Assembly (NCBI GenBank): GCA_023245955.1
Contig: JAHFJI010000001.1
Location: 1-44,294 of the forward strand
DNA length: 44,294 nt
Origin: Candidatus Doudnabacteria bacterium
GTDB lineage: Bacteria; Patescibacteriota; Doudnabacteria; UBA920
Direction: 5' to 3'
Position numbers and translations under genes: made by a program. Of this stretch, positions 26,362 through 33,183 are shown piece by piece; position 1 is the first letter of the stretch; the number at the start of each line of letters is the position of its first letter. The notes beneath the pieces are model-generated. The model saw only the letters and a list, made by a program, of their open reading frames with translations. It was not told the origin of the DNA and did no database searches.

Positions 26362-27087
26362 ATGAAATCTCTAGGACTAAAGCTGGAAACAAGATTGTTT
26401 AAGAGTGGGTACTCTGTTGTAGTCGGTTGTGATGAAGTTGGCAGGGGAGCGTTGGCCGGGCCTGTGGTGGCTGGAGCAGTAGCGTGGAAACCAGAATCAA
26501 GAATTAAGTCGTCCTGGACCCTGAGGGGTCCGGAGACCCTCGAAGGGAATCAAGAATTAAGTAAAATACAAGACAGTAAGCTACTCTCAGAGAGACAGAG
26601 AGAGGAGTTGGAGATTCACATCAAACATAATGCGCTGGCTTGGGGGGTCGGAGTGGTGGGTTCTGGTGTAATAGACAAAATAAATATTCACCAAGCAAAC
26701 TTACTTGCCATGGAGCGTGCAGTAAAAAATTTAATTACTAAACTTTCTAATGTTGCCGAGACGGATAAAAAATTGAAGCACAGAGAAAATATTTACTTAT
26801 TAATAGATGGCAAATTCGTATTACCCAAATGGAGCGGTGAGCAGACAGCGGTGGTGGACGGAGATGCAAAGATTTTTTCTATTGCCTCGGCATCCATTAT
26901 AGCCAAAGTCTATCGTGATAGACTTATGATGAAACTAGATAAAAAGTTTCCTGGCTATGAACTGGCTAGCCACAAGGGTTATGGTACGTCTGCTCATCGC
27001 AAGGCCATTGTGAAGAAGGGGATGAGTAAAATTCATCGTAAAACATTTTGTGGAAATATTGACGTATGGCGCTCTAAAACGGTATAG
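26362..27087 (+). CDS. rnhB: ribonuclease HII, with an ~18-aa extra segment
   Basis: 241 aa with GCDEVGRGALAGPVVAGAV and DSKLLS motifs. The spacing between them is about 18 aa longer than in E. coli RNase HII. Confidence 0.9.
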   Translation: MKSLGLKLETRLFKSGYSVVVGCDEVGRGALAGPVVAGAVAWKPESRIKSSWTLRGPETLEGNQELSKIQDSKLLSERQREELEIHIKHNALAWGVGVVGSGVIDKINIHQANLLAMERAVKNLITKLSNVAETDKKLKHRENIYLLIDGKFVLPKWSGEQTAVVDGDAKIFSIASASIIAKVYRDRLMMKLDKKFPGYELASHKGYGTSAHRKAIVKKGMSKIHRKTFCGNIDVWRSKTV

Positions 27088-27130
27088 TATGAACACATTT
27101 GTCATGTTCTACGGGTGTTTCATGGGGTGT

Positions 27131-27247
27131 TGTCACTCCGAGCAGGCCTTGCGACGTGGCAATCTGTATTTCAATTAAACATTTTAGCAACATAACAATT
27201 GAGCATAAAGACAAAGATTGCCACGTCGCAGACTCCTCAGAGTGACA
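27131..27247. repeat. palindromic element, GATTGCCACG family, copy 2
   Basis: TGTCACTC..CGACGTGGCAATCT, an AT-rich loop, then AGATTGCCACGTCG..GAGTGACA. Confidence 0.7.
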
Positions 27248-27265
27248 CAATGTCAAGTCATAAGT

Positions 27266-28870
27266 TTATATTTGGAGAGGTCGCATAGTTGGTCTAGTGC
27301 GCTGGTCTCGAAAACCGGTAGGGGCGAAAGCTTCTCGAGGGTTCGAATCCCTCCCTCTCCGCCAGAAATCGAAATCGTTTTTTGAAGCCGAAATTGGGTC
27401 GCGCCGAAGGCGCGACACTAATGCATTCCCCCCGCCGAATTCAGAATCCAAAAGGGTTTTCCACGCTCCGCGTGGTTTAAAAAGGAGTGTTCGATCTTTG
27501 ATTTCAAAGTTCGAACCGACTTTTTTGAACAGATGAAGATTTTCTTCATCTGTTCTATCGTTTGCCAATTTCACATTGGTAATATTGAGTTTTAGAAATT
27601 TTTCCGTGAGTTCGAACCGATTATTCGCTTTTTGCTCAAAAGATGATAATTTTTCCTTGAAAAGCTGTTTTTGATGTACAAGCTTGTTTTTCATGTCGCG
27701 ATATTCTTCAAGCGATAAAGAATTATCGAGATAGAGTGTCATCAGCTTTTCAATCTTGTTTTCAATTGAAAAAATTTCATCTTTTGTATTTTGAACAAAA
27801 AGCGTAGACGATTGGACTTCTGATTGCCGATCTTTGTCATTTTCGGCAATCATCCATTTTGCCCAATCGTCTGGCAAAGAAACTTTTTTGATTTCATTTT
27901 GAATTTGAGAAGTGATGATGTCCTCACGAACATATCGCTGGTCGCAAGGATTTTTCCTTTTGGTACACCGCAAATAGTTATTTCCTTTTTGTCGTTCGGT
28001 AGTAATGAAACATCCGCAGACACAATGGAAAAATCCTCTGTACAAATATGGGTGTAAACCTTTACCTTTTGGCTTAGACTTTCTCATCATCACTTCTTGA
28101 ACGGAATCAAAAAGTTTCTTTGTGATAATCGGTTCGTGTTTTCCTTCGTGAATTTCGCCACCATATCGAAGGAGTCCGCAGAAAATCGGATTTTTAAGCA
28201 TGTTATGAATATTTGAAACAGAAAGTTCTTGCTCTTTTCTTGAACGCAATCCAAGTTCATTAACCGTGTCTCTAACTTGTCGGAGCGTATATTTGCCACT
28301 TCCATAGGCCTCAAACGCTCTTTTGATATATGGCGAGCGTTCAGGGTCTGGAATGATAACTTTCTTATCACTGTCGTTTAGATACCCCACAGGAGCGTTT
28401 TGAGGCCAAATACCATCCTTCAATTTTTGACGATGACCACGCTTGATATTTTCCGACAAGTTATCTACATAATACTTGGATTGCGAAAAAGCGATTGAGA
28501 GCATGAACTTTCCTTGAGGTGTTGGATCAAACCAAAAAGTTGAAAACTTTAAATCCTTGATGACTTCGGTATCAACAAAATAAATTATTTTCCCACCGTC
28601 TACCGAGTTTCTCGCAAGTCTATCGGGGTGCCACGCTAAAATTCCGTTAGCTTCACCAGCCTCCATGCGGAGAAGCATTTCATTAAAGACTGGCCGACCC
28701 GGAATCTTGGCGGTCTGTTTTTCCACAAAAATATCAATAACTTCGATTTGCTCTTTAACCGCTAACTCCTTGAGTTCGGCCAGTTGATCCGAAATGCTTC
28801 TCACTTGCCGATCTTTGTCATCGGTAGACTTGCGAGTGTATATAAAAAACTTTTTGGTTTGATTATTCAT
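27266..28870 (-). CDS. large serine recombinase (resolvase domain, recombinase domain, zinc ribbon, coiled coil)
   Basis: 534-aa ORF with N-terminal FFIYTRKSTDDKDRQVRSISDQ and a Cys cluster CVCGC..LRCTKRKNPC. The last ~70 codons run through repeat A and antisense across tRNA-Ser, so the true stop and tail are uncertain. Confidence 0.85.
   Translation of the reverse strand: MNNQTKKFFIYTRKSTDDKDRQVRSISDQLAELKELAVKEQIEVIDIFVEKQTAKIPGRPVFNEMLLRMEAGEANGILAWHPDRLARNSVDGGKIIYFVDTEVIKDLKFSTFWFDPTPQGKFMLSIAFSQSKYYVDNLSENIKRGHRQKLKDGIWPQNAPVGYLNDSDKKVIIPDPERSPYIKRAFEAYGSGKYTLRQVRDTVNELGLRSRKEQELSVSNIHNMLKNPIFCGLLRYGGEIHEGKHEPIITKKLFDSVQEVMMRKSKPKGKGLHPYLYRGFFHCVCGCFITTERQKGNNYLRCTKRKNPCDQRYVREDIITSQIQNEIKKVSLPDDWAKWMIAENDKDRQSEVQSSTLFVQNTKDEIFSIENKIEKLMTLYLDNSLSLEEYRDMKNKLVHQKQLFKEKLSSFEQKANNRFELTEKFLKLNITNVKLANDRTDEENLHLFKKVGSNFEIKDRTLLFKPRGAWKTLLDSEFGGGNALVSRLRRDPISASKNDFDFWRRGRDSNPREAFAPTGFRDQRTRPTMRPLQI
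27274..27364 (+). tRNA. tRNA-Ser(CGA), class II
   Basis: GGAGAGGTCGCATAGTTGGTCTAGTGCGCTGGTCTCGAAAACCGGTAGGGGCGAAAGCTTCTCGAGGGTTCGAATCCCTCCCTCTCCGCCA. Confidence 0.9.
27359..27478 (+). repeat. 120-bp repeat A, left copy (starts with the last 6 nt of tRNA-Ser)
   Basis: Exact reverse complement of 29033-29152, checked base by base. It contains the GC hairpin GTCGCGCC-gaa-GGCGCGAC. Confidence 0.9.
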
Positions 28871-29032
28871 ATGCTTAAAAACCTAAAAGGGCGACCATGT
28901 TGCACCAATATTACCTTTCGGCAAAATTGAACACAGTCGCCCGTCTAGATGCTCAAGCAAATAAAAAGCCGAAAGTGTCTAATATTGGTGCATTTCAATA
29001 TTACCATTTTTGAATTTGCATTGGCAAACGAA

Positions 29033-29152
29033 AAACCACGCGGAGCGTGGAAAACCCTTTTGGATTCTGAATTCGGCGGGGGGAATGCATTAGTGTCGCG
29101 CCTTCGGCGCGACCCAATTTCGGCTTCAAAAAACGATTTCGATTTCTGGCGG
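29033..29152 (-). repeat. 120-bp repeat A, right (inverted) copy
   Basis: Exact reverse complement of 27359-27478. It ends in TGGCGG, which is also the first 6 nt of repeat B. Confidence 0.9.
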
Positions 29153-29554
29153 TGTCTATTATACAAAATTCGAACTTATTTCGAAACTAATCCCGATGAT
29201 GAATGAATTCCGCCACGCCACAGCCTCCGCTCCACGACAGCCCGCAAGGGCTGTCCTTCCGCTTCTGCTGTGTCGCTCCGTCCTCGCCTGCAACCCTGCC
29301 CATGCTTCTTTTGTTTTGCCGTGGTTTTGATTTTCTTTTTTCGGTATGGGCGTGTGCAGGCGAGGGACGGGTTTCTCCTTGAGGGAGAAACTGGCGGAAT
29401 TCAAATGCGGACTCGGTTTTGCCAAAACTATTTTCTGGGGAAAAGGATTTGGCAAAACCTCGGCTGATTTTTACTGGGGATTTCTGCCCGCGCGGAGGAG
29501 GGGTCTGGGGAGGAATCCGCGCGGGTTTCCTTTCGGATTTTTTGGCGGCGGCTA
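29147..29554 (+). repeat. 408-bp repeat B, left copy (GC-rich, highly structured)
   Basis: Reverse complement of 31782-32189. Both ends were checked base by base, and identical 98-aa and 65-aa shadow ORFs cover the middle. Confidence 0.9.
29158..29186 (-). promoter_or_regulatory. outward-facing extended -10 promoter candidate in repeat B, reading across the core toward the recombinase gene
   Basis: The minus strand reads TTTCGA-N15-TGTATAAT. Confidence 0.35.
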
Positions 29555-29589
29555 TGGATAAAAAGGCTACAAAATGCTAAAATATTCTT

Positions 29590-30780
29590 ATGAAGTATCA
29601 CGATATTACTCAACATGAAATTGAGGCTCTCAAACATAATTACAACATGTCTGACGCTCATACTCATCAATCGCAATCTCCTACGCAAGAGGAGATTGTA
29701 AAGCGATTACCCGAGCTTTGGCATGAAGCGGAAAATACTCGCCAATATGACATGGAACAGAAGTTTCTTAAAAATTTCTTTCGTGTCCAAAAACAGGATT
29801 CTTTAGTCGAAGACAACAGTCGTTGTCTTCTCGTATACGCTTCATCTATTGCAATGGTAATTACTGCAAATTATCTGATGAAGAAAAAAATGAGTGTAAG
29901 TTTAATGCACCCTTGTTTTGACAACATCACTGATATTTTGAAGCACATGGAAGTACCAATTTCTCCACTGGAAGAAGACTGGTTGCGCGATTCAGAAAAT
30001 ATTTACGAGAACCTAAAGAAAAATGTAAAAACTGACGCTCTTTTTATCGTTGACCCCAATAATCCAACGGGATTTACTTTGACAGGAACAGCAAAAGATA
30101 CTTTTGAAACAAAAAAGGGATTTTTGGAATTATTCAGATATGCAAAAGACCACAATAAATTATTGATTTTTGATTTTTGCTTTGCTTCTTTTTTACTTCC
30201 TGACCCCGATTTAGGCATATTTGATTTATATAAAGAACTTGATAATTCCGGTGCGAGTTATATTACGATTGAGGACACCGGAAAAACATGGCCACTTCAA
30301 GATACAAAAGTCGCTATTCTCACAACAAGTAAAGATATATTTGATGAAATTTACAATATCCATACCGCCTATTTGTTAAATGTTTCGCCTTTTATTTTGA
30401 ATGTAGTAAATCAATATATTTATGATTCAGAAAAAGATAATTTTGCATCAGTTTTTGATCTTTTAGAAAAAAATCGAGCATTGGCAAGAGAAGTCTTAAA
30501 AGATTCTATCCTTGAACCACTAGAACCAATTTCAAAAGTATCTGTGCTTTGGTGTAAAATAAAAGATGATTCAATTAAGGCAACTGAATTAAAAGAATAT
30601 CTAACCAAATCCGATATTCATGTTTTGCCAGGTACATATTTCTTTTGGCATGACCAAGAAAAAGGAGAACATTTTATTCGTATTGCTCTTGCCAGAAACC
30701 CCGATATTTTTGAGAAAGGAATAAAAAAACTTAGAGAAGTAATTGATAATTATGGAAAAACTCACAGCACAAAAAATTAA
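29590..30780 (+). CDS. PLP-dependent aminotransferase (fold type I, class I/II-like)
   Basis: 396 aa with FIVDPNNPTGF (the N-P-x-N-P-T-G signature) and a lysine in IEDTGKTW at the expected PLP position. Confidence 0.75.
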   Translation: MKYHDITQHEIEALKHNYNMSDAHTHQSQSPTQEEIVKRLPELWHEAENTRQYDMEQKFLKNFFRVQKQDSLVEDNSRCLLVYASSIAMVITANYLMKKKMSVSLMHPCFDNITDILKHMEVPISPLEEDWLRDSENIYENLKKNVKTDALFIVDPNNPTGFTLTGTAKDTFETKKGFLELFRYAKDHNKLLIFDFCFASFLLPDPDLGIFDLYKELDNSGASYITIEDTGKTWPLQDTKVAILTTSKDIFDEIYNIHTAYLLNVSPFILNVVNQYIYDSEKDNFASVFDLLEKNRALAREVLKDSILEPLEPISKVSVLWCKIKDDSIKATELKEYLTKSDIHVLPGTYFFWHDQEKGEHFIRIALARNPDIFEKGIKKLREVIDNYGKTHSTKN

Positions 30781-31558
30781 AGGGGTATATATTCCTCTCA
30801 TCACTCCATTTTACAAAGGAGCTTTTGATGGTGAGTCAATGAAAAAACTTATTGATTCTGTTGAGCCTTTTGTCGCTGGTTATGTCCCATGCTTAAGTTC
30901 CGGTGAAGGTACAAAATTATCTAAAGATCAATGGATTGAGGTTGTAAAAACAGTACGAGAATTAACAGATAAGCCTGTTATTGCAGGAATAAAACGCGAA
31001 ACATTGAACGAAACGATTGAGCTTGCAAATATTGCAAGTAAACTAAAATGCGAAGCGATTATTGTTCCTATATCACAACAAAACGAGGAAGAAATTTTTG
31101 ATTATCTTTCACGATTATCAAAATCGGTTTCCTTACCGATTATTATCTACAACACTGAAAAGTATCATATAGATAATATAGAATTTCTTTTAAAAATTTC
31201 TACGATTGAAAATATTATTGGTCTCAAAGATTCATCAGAAAACCAAGAATTTTTTGACCAAGCTTGTAAATTACGCGCAGAAAACAAACTAAATATTGCG
31301 ATATTACAAGGTTTAGAAAATCAACTTAAAGATTCAAAAAATTCTGATGGTTTCCTGATTTCATTAGCGAATATTGAACCTCAACTTTGCAATGATGTAT
31401 TTATAAAACCTTCCTCCGTTTTAGATGAAAAAGTGATTGATATTTTTTGGAAATATAATCTAGGTAGTGCTAATTGGTTCATTACGCTCAAAGCACTTTT
31501 ATATGAGAGAAAAATTATAAATTCTGCTGAAGAAATATCTTTAGCAATAAAACCGTAA
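30752..31558 (+). CDS. DapA/N-acetylneuraminate-lyase family class I aldolase
   Basis: The track ORF starts at 30743; the ATG is at 30752 (MEKLTAQKIKGVYIPLITPF). The Schiff-base lysine context is IIGLKDSS. It overlaps the upstream gene by 29 nt. Confidence 0.7.
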   Translation: MEKLTAQKIKGVYIPLITPFYKGAFDGESMKKLIDSVEPFVAGYVPCLSSGEGTKLSKDQWIEVVKTVRELTDKPVIAGIKRETLNETIELANIASKLKCEAIIVPISQQNEEEIFDYLSRLSKSVSLPIIIYNTEKYHIDNIEFLLKISTIENIIGLKDSSENQEFFDQACKLRAENKLNIAILQGLENQLKDSKNSDGFLISLANIEPQLCNDVFIKPSSVLDEKVIDIFWKYNLGSANWFITLKALLYERKIINSAEEISLAIKP

Positions 31559-31562
31559 AATT

Positions 31563-31784
31563 ATGGAAAAAACAACAATTACAAAATCAGAGTTTGAGGC
31601 AATGGGCAAAGAATGGACTGCACTCGATACAGAGTATGACAATTTGTTTCAAGCATTTTTGGATAATCCTCATACCAAAACACAAGAAGAACTTTCAAAA
31701 TTTAAAGCTATGCAAAGTCGTCTATATGCAATAGAACTTGAGTTATATAAAGTTGCTGAAGGTACGATGATAATTCAAGATTAG
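31563..31784 (+). CDS. small helical protein, hypothetical (RDF-like role only speculative)
   Basis: 73 aa. Its TAG stop codon is the first 3 nt of the right copy of repeat B. Confidence 0.5.
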   Translation: MEKTTITKSEFEAMGKEWTALDTEYDNLFQAFLDNPHTKTQEELSKFKAMQSRLYAIELELYKVAEGTMIIQD

Positions 31785-32189
31785 CCGCCGCCAAAAAATC
31801 CGAAAGGAAACCCGCGCGGATTCCTCCCCAGACCCCTCCTCCGCGCGGGCAGAAATCCCCAGTAAAAATCAGCCGAGGTTTTGCCAAATCCTTTTCCCCA
31901 GAAAATAGTTTTGGCAAAACCGAGTCCGCATTTGAATTCCGCCAGTTTCTCCCTCAAGGAGAAACCCGTCCCTCGCCTGCACACGCCCATACCGAAAAAA
32001 GAAAATCAAAACCACGGCAAAACAAAAGAAGCATGGGCAGGGTTGCAGGCGAGGACGGAGCGACACAGCAGAAGCGGAAGGACAGCCCTTGCGGGCTGTC
32101 GTGGAGCGGAGGCTGTGGCGTGGCGGAATTCATTCATCATCGGGATTAGTTTCGAAATAAGTTCGAATTTTGTATAATAGACACCGCCA
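31782..32189 (-). repeat. 408-bp repeat B, right (inverted) copy
   Basis: See 29147-29554. It ends in GACACCGCCA, 21 nt before the next gene start. Confidence 0.9.
32150..32178 (+). promoter_or_regulatory. outward-facing extended -10 promoter candidate driving the histidine phosphatase gene
   Basis: TTTCGA-N15-TGTATAAT ends 33 nt upstream of the ATG at 32211. Only 21 nt of non-element DNA precede that ATG. Confidence 0.4.
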
Positions 32190-32210
32190 TGGAATTATTA
32201 AGTCCTATAT

Positions 32211-32759
32211 ATGTCTATCCACATTACATATTTTGTTCACGGTACCACACCTGACAATGAAAAACATATTTCATCGGGCTGGAAAGACGTAGAACTTTCT
32301 CCATTAGGGGTACAGCAGTCCATAGAACTGAAAGACCAGACTAAGGGTCAAGCATTTGATGTTATCTTCTGTTCAGATTTAAAGCGAGCAGTGCAATCGT
32401 CTGAGTTAACCTGGAAAGGAATTTATCCGATTATCGTCGATGCCCGACTGCGCGAATGTAATTACGGAAAGTTGAATGGGGCATCTTCGGATATAGTAGA
32501 GCCAATGCAAGAAGCAGAGTGTCTCCACAATCCTTTTCCAGAAGGTGAGAGTTACGAAGATGTAAAAAAACGAGTTGCAGATTTTTTAAGTTTGCTTAAA
32601 TCTGAGTACGATGAAAGGCGAGTCGCGATTGTAGCACACAAAGCTCCCCAGCTTGCACTGGATGTATTGATAAAAAATAAAACTTGGGAACAGGCACTTG
32701 CAGACGATTGGAGAAAAAGAAAAGCCTGGCAACCAGGATGGGATTATACACTTAATTAA
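32211..32759 (+). CDS. histidine phosphatase (phosphoglycerate mutase-like) family protein
   Basis: 182 aa with N-terminal YFVHGTT.DN......G..D..LS..G..Q and a later AHKA pattern. Confidence 0.7.
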   Translation: MSIHITYFVHGTTPDNEKHISSGWKDVELSPLGVQQSIELKDQTKGQAFDVIFCSDLKRAVQSSELTWKGIYPIIVDARLRECNYGKLNGASSDIVEPMQEAECLHNPFPEGESYEDVKKRVADFLSLLKSEYDERRVAIVAHKAPQLALDVLIKNKTWEQALADDWRKRKAWQPGWDYTLN

Positions 32760-32768
32760 TATTTTTTT

Positions 32769-33077
32769 ATGAGCAACAAGACACAACTCAATCAGTTATC
32801 CAAGAGAGAAATTTTAGAGTCATTGTTTGAAAGACAACAGCAAGACAACAGCACACTGAATAGATTGGTCTTGGCAGTAGCACTGTCTGCGGGGCTAGAT
32901 GCAAAAGAGGTGGCCAAGAAATTTACGGACGCGGTGGCGACTGGAGCATTCGCGGATGAGTTTAATAAAGCTTTGCATAGTGAGTTTGAGGCCAGGGCAC
33001 AGAAGAGTAGTACAGAAGCTGAAGAAGCTAGTTCACTGCCTATCGATGATGTGTCTGCAGGACATAATCATGAATAG
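32769..33077 (+). CDS. hypothetical protein
   Basis: 102-aa ORF, helical and acidic; no family recognised. Confidence 0.45.
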   Translation: MSNKTQLNQLSKREILESLFERQQQDNSTLNRLVLAVALSAGLDAKEVAKKFTDAVATGAFADEFNKALHSEFEARAQKSSTEAEEASSLPIDDVSAGHNHE

Positions 33078-33183
33078 TTAAAATTTTAAATTACAAAACC
33101 CAAATTTCAAATAAGCTCCAAATTCAAAATTACAAATAATAAATTAAGAAATGGAGGTTTGGAACTTGTTTGTTATTTGATGT

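Larger units (their letters stand above)
27365..32189. mobile_element. ~4.8-kb integrative/invertible element at the 3' end of tRNA-Ser (serine recombinase plus a three-gene cargo)
   Basis: Bounded by direct CCGCCA at 27359-27364 and 32184-32189. It carries the recombinase and two nested perfect inverted-repeat pairs. The cargo is visibly more AT-rich than its surroundings. Confidence 0.6.

Noticed and set aside
28949-29206. 85-aa + strand ORF upstream of the recombinase
   Set aside because: It is not an independent gene. Its conserved part is the inverted copy of the recombinase 3' coding end (repeat A). It is used only as evidence for the alternative tail.
29159-29561. ORFs of 98, 65 and 71 aa inside repeat B, and their mirror images at 31781-32177
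   Set aside because: They overlap one another on both strands and are Arg/Pro/Gly-rich, as expected from GC-rich non-coding DNA. They are duplicated only because the DNA is repeated.
27359-32189. Possibility that the nested perfect repeats are an assembly artefact
   Set aside because: This is not rejected outright and cannot be excluded without reads. However, the shared 6-nt core coincides exactly with the tRNA 3' end. The recombinase frame stays open through repeat A, and a stop codon is supplied by repeat B. These points argue for real biology.
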